Assembly (NCBI GenBank): GCA_018675335.1
Contig: JABGYH010000007.1
Coordinates: 308,232-372,231 of the forward strand
Direction of reading: 5' to 3'
Length of the DNA: 64,000 nt
From: Candidatus Woesearchaeota archaeon
GTDB taxonomy: Archaea > Nanobdellota > Nanobdellia > Woesearchaeales > UBA11576
Positions 60,838 through 64,000 of the stretch are shown here, piece after piece; position 1 is the first letter of the stretch, and each line of letters opens with the position of its first letter. The notes beneath the pieces are model-generated. The model did not search any database. It worked only from the letters and a program-made list of their open reading frames with translations, and was not told where the DNA came from. The translations under genes and the position numbers were made by a program.

Positions 60838-61893
60838 ATGAAAATAATTAGTTTTAAGAAAAATGAAGCAAAAGTCGAAATAGAAACTGCTGATGATTTA
60901 TGGTATCTGAGTAGTATTGTTGATAATTGCGACATTGTTGAAGGTAAAACTGAAAGAAAAATAAAAATTGGTGAAGCTACTGATCGGTCCCAAAAAATAG
61001 TACGAAAATGGGTTTACTTAAAATTAAGTGTTGAAAAAATTGAATTTCATAAATATTCCTCAAGTTTACGAATTAGTGGAAAAATAACTGAAGGACCAGA
61101 AGATGTCGCCAAAGGAAGTTACCATACATTCTCAATTGAACCTGGAACACAGATAAAAATTGTAAAAGAAACTTGGCTTTCATATCAAACAAAAAAACTA
61201 AAAGAAGCAAGTGAAAAAGCAAAATCAAAAATTTTAGTTTGCGTATTTGATCGTGAAGACGCATATGTTGGACTATTAAATCGACAAGGATATGAACTTT
61301 TAACTAAATTAAAAGGAAATGTTGCTAAAAAAGATGAAGCTAAACAAATTGTAACAAATTTCTATTCAGAAATTATAACTGTCCTAAAAGAATATGCAAC
61401 TAGATATAACGTTGAAAAAATAATTGTTGGCTCCCCTGCATTTTGGAAAGATGAATTTTTAAAAAATGTAAAAGACCCCGAATTTAAGAAAAAACTTGTA
61501 ATGGCCACTTGCAGCAGTGTTGATGAAAAAGCAATAAATGAAGTATTAAAACGACCTGAAACACAAACAGTACTAAAACAAGATCGAATTGCTCAAGAAG
61601 TACAATTAGTTGATAAAATATTATCTGAAATTTCAAAAGAAGGAAAAATCGCATACGGTATGTTTGAAGTTAAAAACGCAACCAATATGGGTGCCGTAAG
61701 TAAACTAATTGTAACTGACGGACTCATACAAAAACTAAGAGAACAAGAAACATTTGATGAATTAAATAGAATAATGAAAGAAGCAGACAAACAAAAAGCC
61801 GACATTGTAATTATTGATTCTGAAAATTCAGGCGGACAAAAACTTGACGGGATAAGCGGTGTTGCTGCAATACTTCGATTTAAATTGAATTAA
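60838..61893 (+). CDS. pelA: mRNA surveillance protein Pelota/Dom34
   Basis: DDLWYLS, LRISGKI, YHTF, GSPAFWKD, LDGISGVAAILRF motifs; ATG 60838 lies ~23 nt after a TATA box. Confidence 0.95.
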   Translation: MKIISFKKNEAKVEIETADDLWYLSSIVDNCDIVEGKTERKIKIGEATDRSQKIVRKWVYLKLSVEKIEFHKYSSSLRISGKITEGPEDVAKGSYHTFSIEPGTQIKIVKETWLSYQTKKLKEASEKAKSKILVCVFDREDAYVGLLNRQGYELLTKLKGNVAKKDEAKQIVTNFYSEIITVLKEYATRYNVEKIIVGSPAFWKDEFLKNVKDPEFKKKLVMATCSSVDEKAINEVLKRPETQTVLKQDRIAQEVQLVDKILSEISKEGKIAYGMFEVKNATNMGAVSKLIVTDGLIQKLREQETFDELNRIMKEADKQKADIVIIDSENSGGQKLDGISGVAAILRFKLN

Positions 61894-61931
61894 AATTAAT
61901 TTGATCTTATTAATCATTACAAAAAACGCAA

Positions 61932-62330
61932 TTATTCGCCACCTTCTCTAAAAATATCAACAATAGATACAACAATAATTGGAAGTAACCCCACCGCTAA
62001 ATGACTCACTACTTCTTTATCAACCAAAATAAAAAAATTCAAAAAATCAATAACAAATAAATCATTAAATGCCGGTGATAACAACAATGCAGCACAAGCA
62101 ACCACAACTATTGCCTCGATTAAAATTCTAACCTTAACTTGTTCTTTAAACGCTGAAAACAATAAAATTAAAGAGTGAATAATTAAAAAAAAAGCAACAA
62201 TAACTGATAATAAAGATTTGAGTTCCGGAGTAAAAACATCAAAAAAATGATAGTGTTCAGACAATAAAATAACAATTGCTAAAACTAAAGAACTTGCCTG
62301 AATGATTTCTAATATACGCATAAGAGACAT
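61932..62330 (-). CDS. 4-TM hypothetical membrane protein
   Basis: Hydrophobic ORF downstream of ackA. Confidence 0.6.
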   Translation of the reverse strand: MSLMRILEIIQASSLVLAIVILLSEHYHFFDVFTPELKSLLSVIVAFFLIIHSLILLFSAFKEQVKVRILIEAIVVVACAALLLSPAFNDLFVIDFLNFFILVDKEVVSHLAVGLLPIIVVSIVDIFREGGE

Positions 62331-62343
62331 TTTTTCACTTCAT

Positions 62344-63471
62344 TTATTTTAAAACATTAATTACTTCTAAATACATCATTTTTTCTTCATTGGTGGGAAT
62401 TACAAAAACTGAAACTTTGGACTTTTTTGAAGATATTTTAATATTATTTTTTTTGTTAAGATTAATATCAATATCAACACCCAAATATTTGAAATAACTA
62501 AGAATATTTTTTCTTATCCACCAAGCATGCTCGCCAATTCCTGCAGTAAAAAGAATTGCATCGACGCCATTTAACGTCGCAACATACGACCCAATATATT
62601 TTGCAACTCTATAACAAAAAACCTCTTCTGCTAGTTTTGCATCAGATATTTCTGATTTTTTAGATTTAGATGAATCTTTTTTGATTTGCGTGTGAATATC
62701 TCTCATATCACTAGAACCGCAAATACCTTTCAAACCACTTTGGCAATTAAGTAATTGATTTATTTGTTTTGAAGACATATTTTTTTGATCTTGAAGAAAT
62801 AATATGATTGCAGGATCTAAATCTCCTGATCTAGTACCCATAACTAAACCTTCAAGAGGAGTAAAACCCATTGAGGTGTCAACACTCTTGCCATTTTTAA
62901 TTGCGCAAACACTAGAACCATTGCCCAGATGACAAGAAATAATTTTCAAACGAGAAATTGGCTTTTTTAAAAGTTTTGCAGCAACTCCTGATACATAATT
63001 ATGACTTTCCCCATGAAAACCATATCTGCGAATTTTATTTTGCTTACAAAGAAGTTTTGGAAGCGCATATGTAAATGCTTTAGGGGGAATTGACGCATGA
63101 AATGCAGTATCAAAAATTGCTACTTGCGGAATTTTAAATAATTCTAAACAAGTTTTAATCCCCTCAATTTCAGGAATATCATGAAGAGGTGCCAACACAG
63201 ATATTTTTTCTAACTTTTTAACAACTGCCGCAGTTATTTTTTTTGATTCTTTAATATCTCCGCCATGAACAACACGATGACCTATTGCATGAATCTTGCA
63301 ATTAAAATCTTTATTAATTATTTTTATAAGATTTAGAAGTTCTTTTTTAAAATTAATAACTCTTTCAATTAATCCTTTATTAACTTGTTTGCCTTCAATA
63401 AATAATGCATATTTTATTGACGATGACCCTAAGTTAAGAATTAAAATGTTTTTTATTTTAGTTTTATTCAT
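62344..63471 (-). CDS. ackA: acetate kinase
   Basis: LNLGSSSIK, GHRVVHGG, FDTAFH, RRYGFHG, HLGNGSS, MGFTPLEGL, IPTNEE motifs. Confidence 0.97.
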   Translation of the reverse strand: MNKTKIKNILILNLGSSSIKYALFIEGKQVNKGLIERVINFKKELLNLIKIINKDFNCKIHAIGHRVVHGGDIKESKKITAAVVKKLEKISVLAPLHDIPEIEGIKTCLELFKIPQVAIFDTAFHASIPPKAFTYALPKLLCKQNKIRRYGFHGESHNYVSGVAAKLLKKPISRLKIISCHLGNGSSVCAIKNGKSVDTSMGFTPLEGLVMGTRSGDLDPAIILFLQDQKNMSSKQINQLLNCQSGLKGICGSSDMRDIHTQIKKDSSKSKKSEISDAKLAEEVFCYRVAKYIGSYVATLNGVDAILFTAGIGEHAWWIRKNILSYFKYLGVDIDINLNKKNNIKISSKKSKVSVFVIPTNEEKMMYLEVINVLK

Positions 63472-63491
63472 TTTTTTATTGGAGTCTTCAT

Positions 63492-64000
63492 TTAATTTTT
63501 TTGTTTAATTTTTTTGATGTTTTTATTTGATTTATTTTTTGAATTTTTTAATTCCAGCACTTGAACTGATGTTAATGCTGCTAGCTCCACAATATCATTA
63601 ACACTACAGCCCCTACTTAAATCATTAACCGGCATTGAGAGTCCTTGAAGAAACGGTCCAATAGCTTTGGCATGAGCTAGACGTTCAACAAGCTTATATG
63701 AAATATTACCTGCATACAAATTTGGAAAAATTAAAACATTTGCATTACCTTTTAGAGGAGACAATGGTGCTTTAAGTTTTTGAACTGAGGGAACTAATGC
63801 TGCATCCACTTGAAGATCTCCATCAATTTTTATTTTAGGATGTTTTTTATTGACAATCTTAATTGCTTTTTGAATTTTTGCTAATTCATCATAATTTGCA
63901 CTTCCATGAGTTGAGAAAGATAATAATGCAATCTTAGGATTTAGCCCTAAATCTTTTGCTGAATTCCAACTATCAATTGCAATCTCGGCTAATGTTTTTG
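63492..64000 (-). CDS. pta: phosphate acetyltransferase (3' part, truncated by window edge)
   Basis: IALLSFSTHGS, DGDLQVDAA, FPNLYAGNISYK, NDLSRGCS motifs. Confidence 0.95.
   Translation of the reverse strand, partial: KTLAEIAIDSWNSAKDLGLNPKIALLSFSTHGSANYDELAKIQKAIKIVNKKHPKIKIDGDLQVDAALVPSVQKLKAPLSPLKGNANVLIFPNLYAGNISYKLVERLAHAKAIGPFLQGLSMPVNDLSRGCSVNDIVELAALTSVQVLELKNSKNKSNKNIKKIKQKN

Noticed and set aside
736-63508. Short overlapping ORFs in the track (e.g. 736-936, 2109-2393, 3533-3877, 14973-15254, 40240-40551, 47849-48352, 49701-50006, 61593-61805)
   Set aside because: Shadow frames within well-supported genes, with no motifs

Overview
AT-rich archaeal chromosomal segment. Gene content points to a DPANN archaeon, most likely Woesearchaeota-like; this is inferred from the archaeal information genes, bacterial-type Pta-AckA and giant surface proteins. 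Housekeeping genes include trm5, rnj, fen, endA, rnz, hjc, ABCE1, trmI, AK6, dnaG, rio1, Dim2-like KH, top6B/A, mbf1, radB, rps2, rfcS, pelota and pta-ackA. The most notable content is RNA that the ORF track misses. All four tRNAs carry introns, seven in total: tRNA-Arg(UCU) has three and tRNA-Leu(CAA) has two. A free-standing box C/D guide RNA sits inside a perfect bulge-helix-bulge (BHB) splice motif, i.e. a tRNA-less intron predicted to be excised and circularised. A two-hairpin H/ACA guide RNA has one pocket that fits pseudouridine 1917 of 23S helix 69. Two tRNA introns contain box C/D-like motifs. Other oddities: a 118-bp tandem array that copies the RNase Z start region three extra times, a PIP-box microprotein, a voltage-sensor-only gene facing a pore-only K+ channel, a 3582-aa surface protein, and a cluster of paralogous Cys-rich lipoproteins. 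All assignments were made by eye without database searches.
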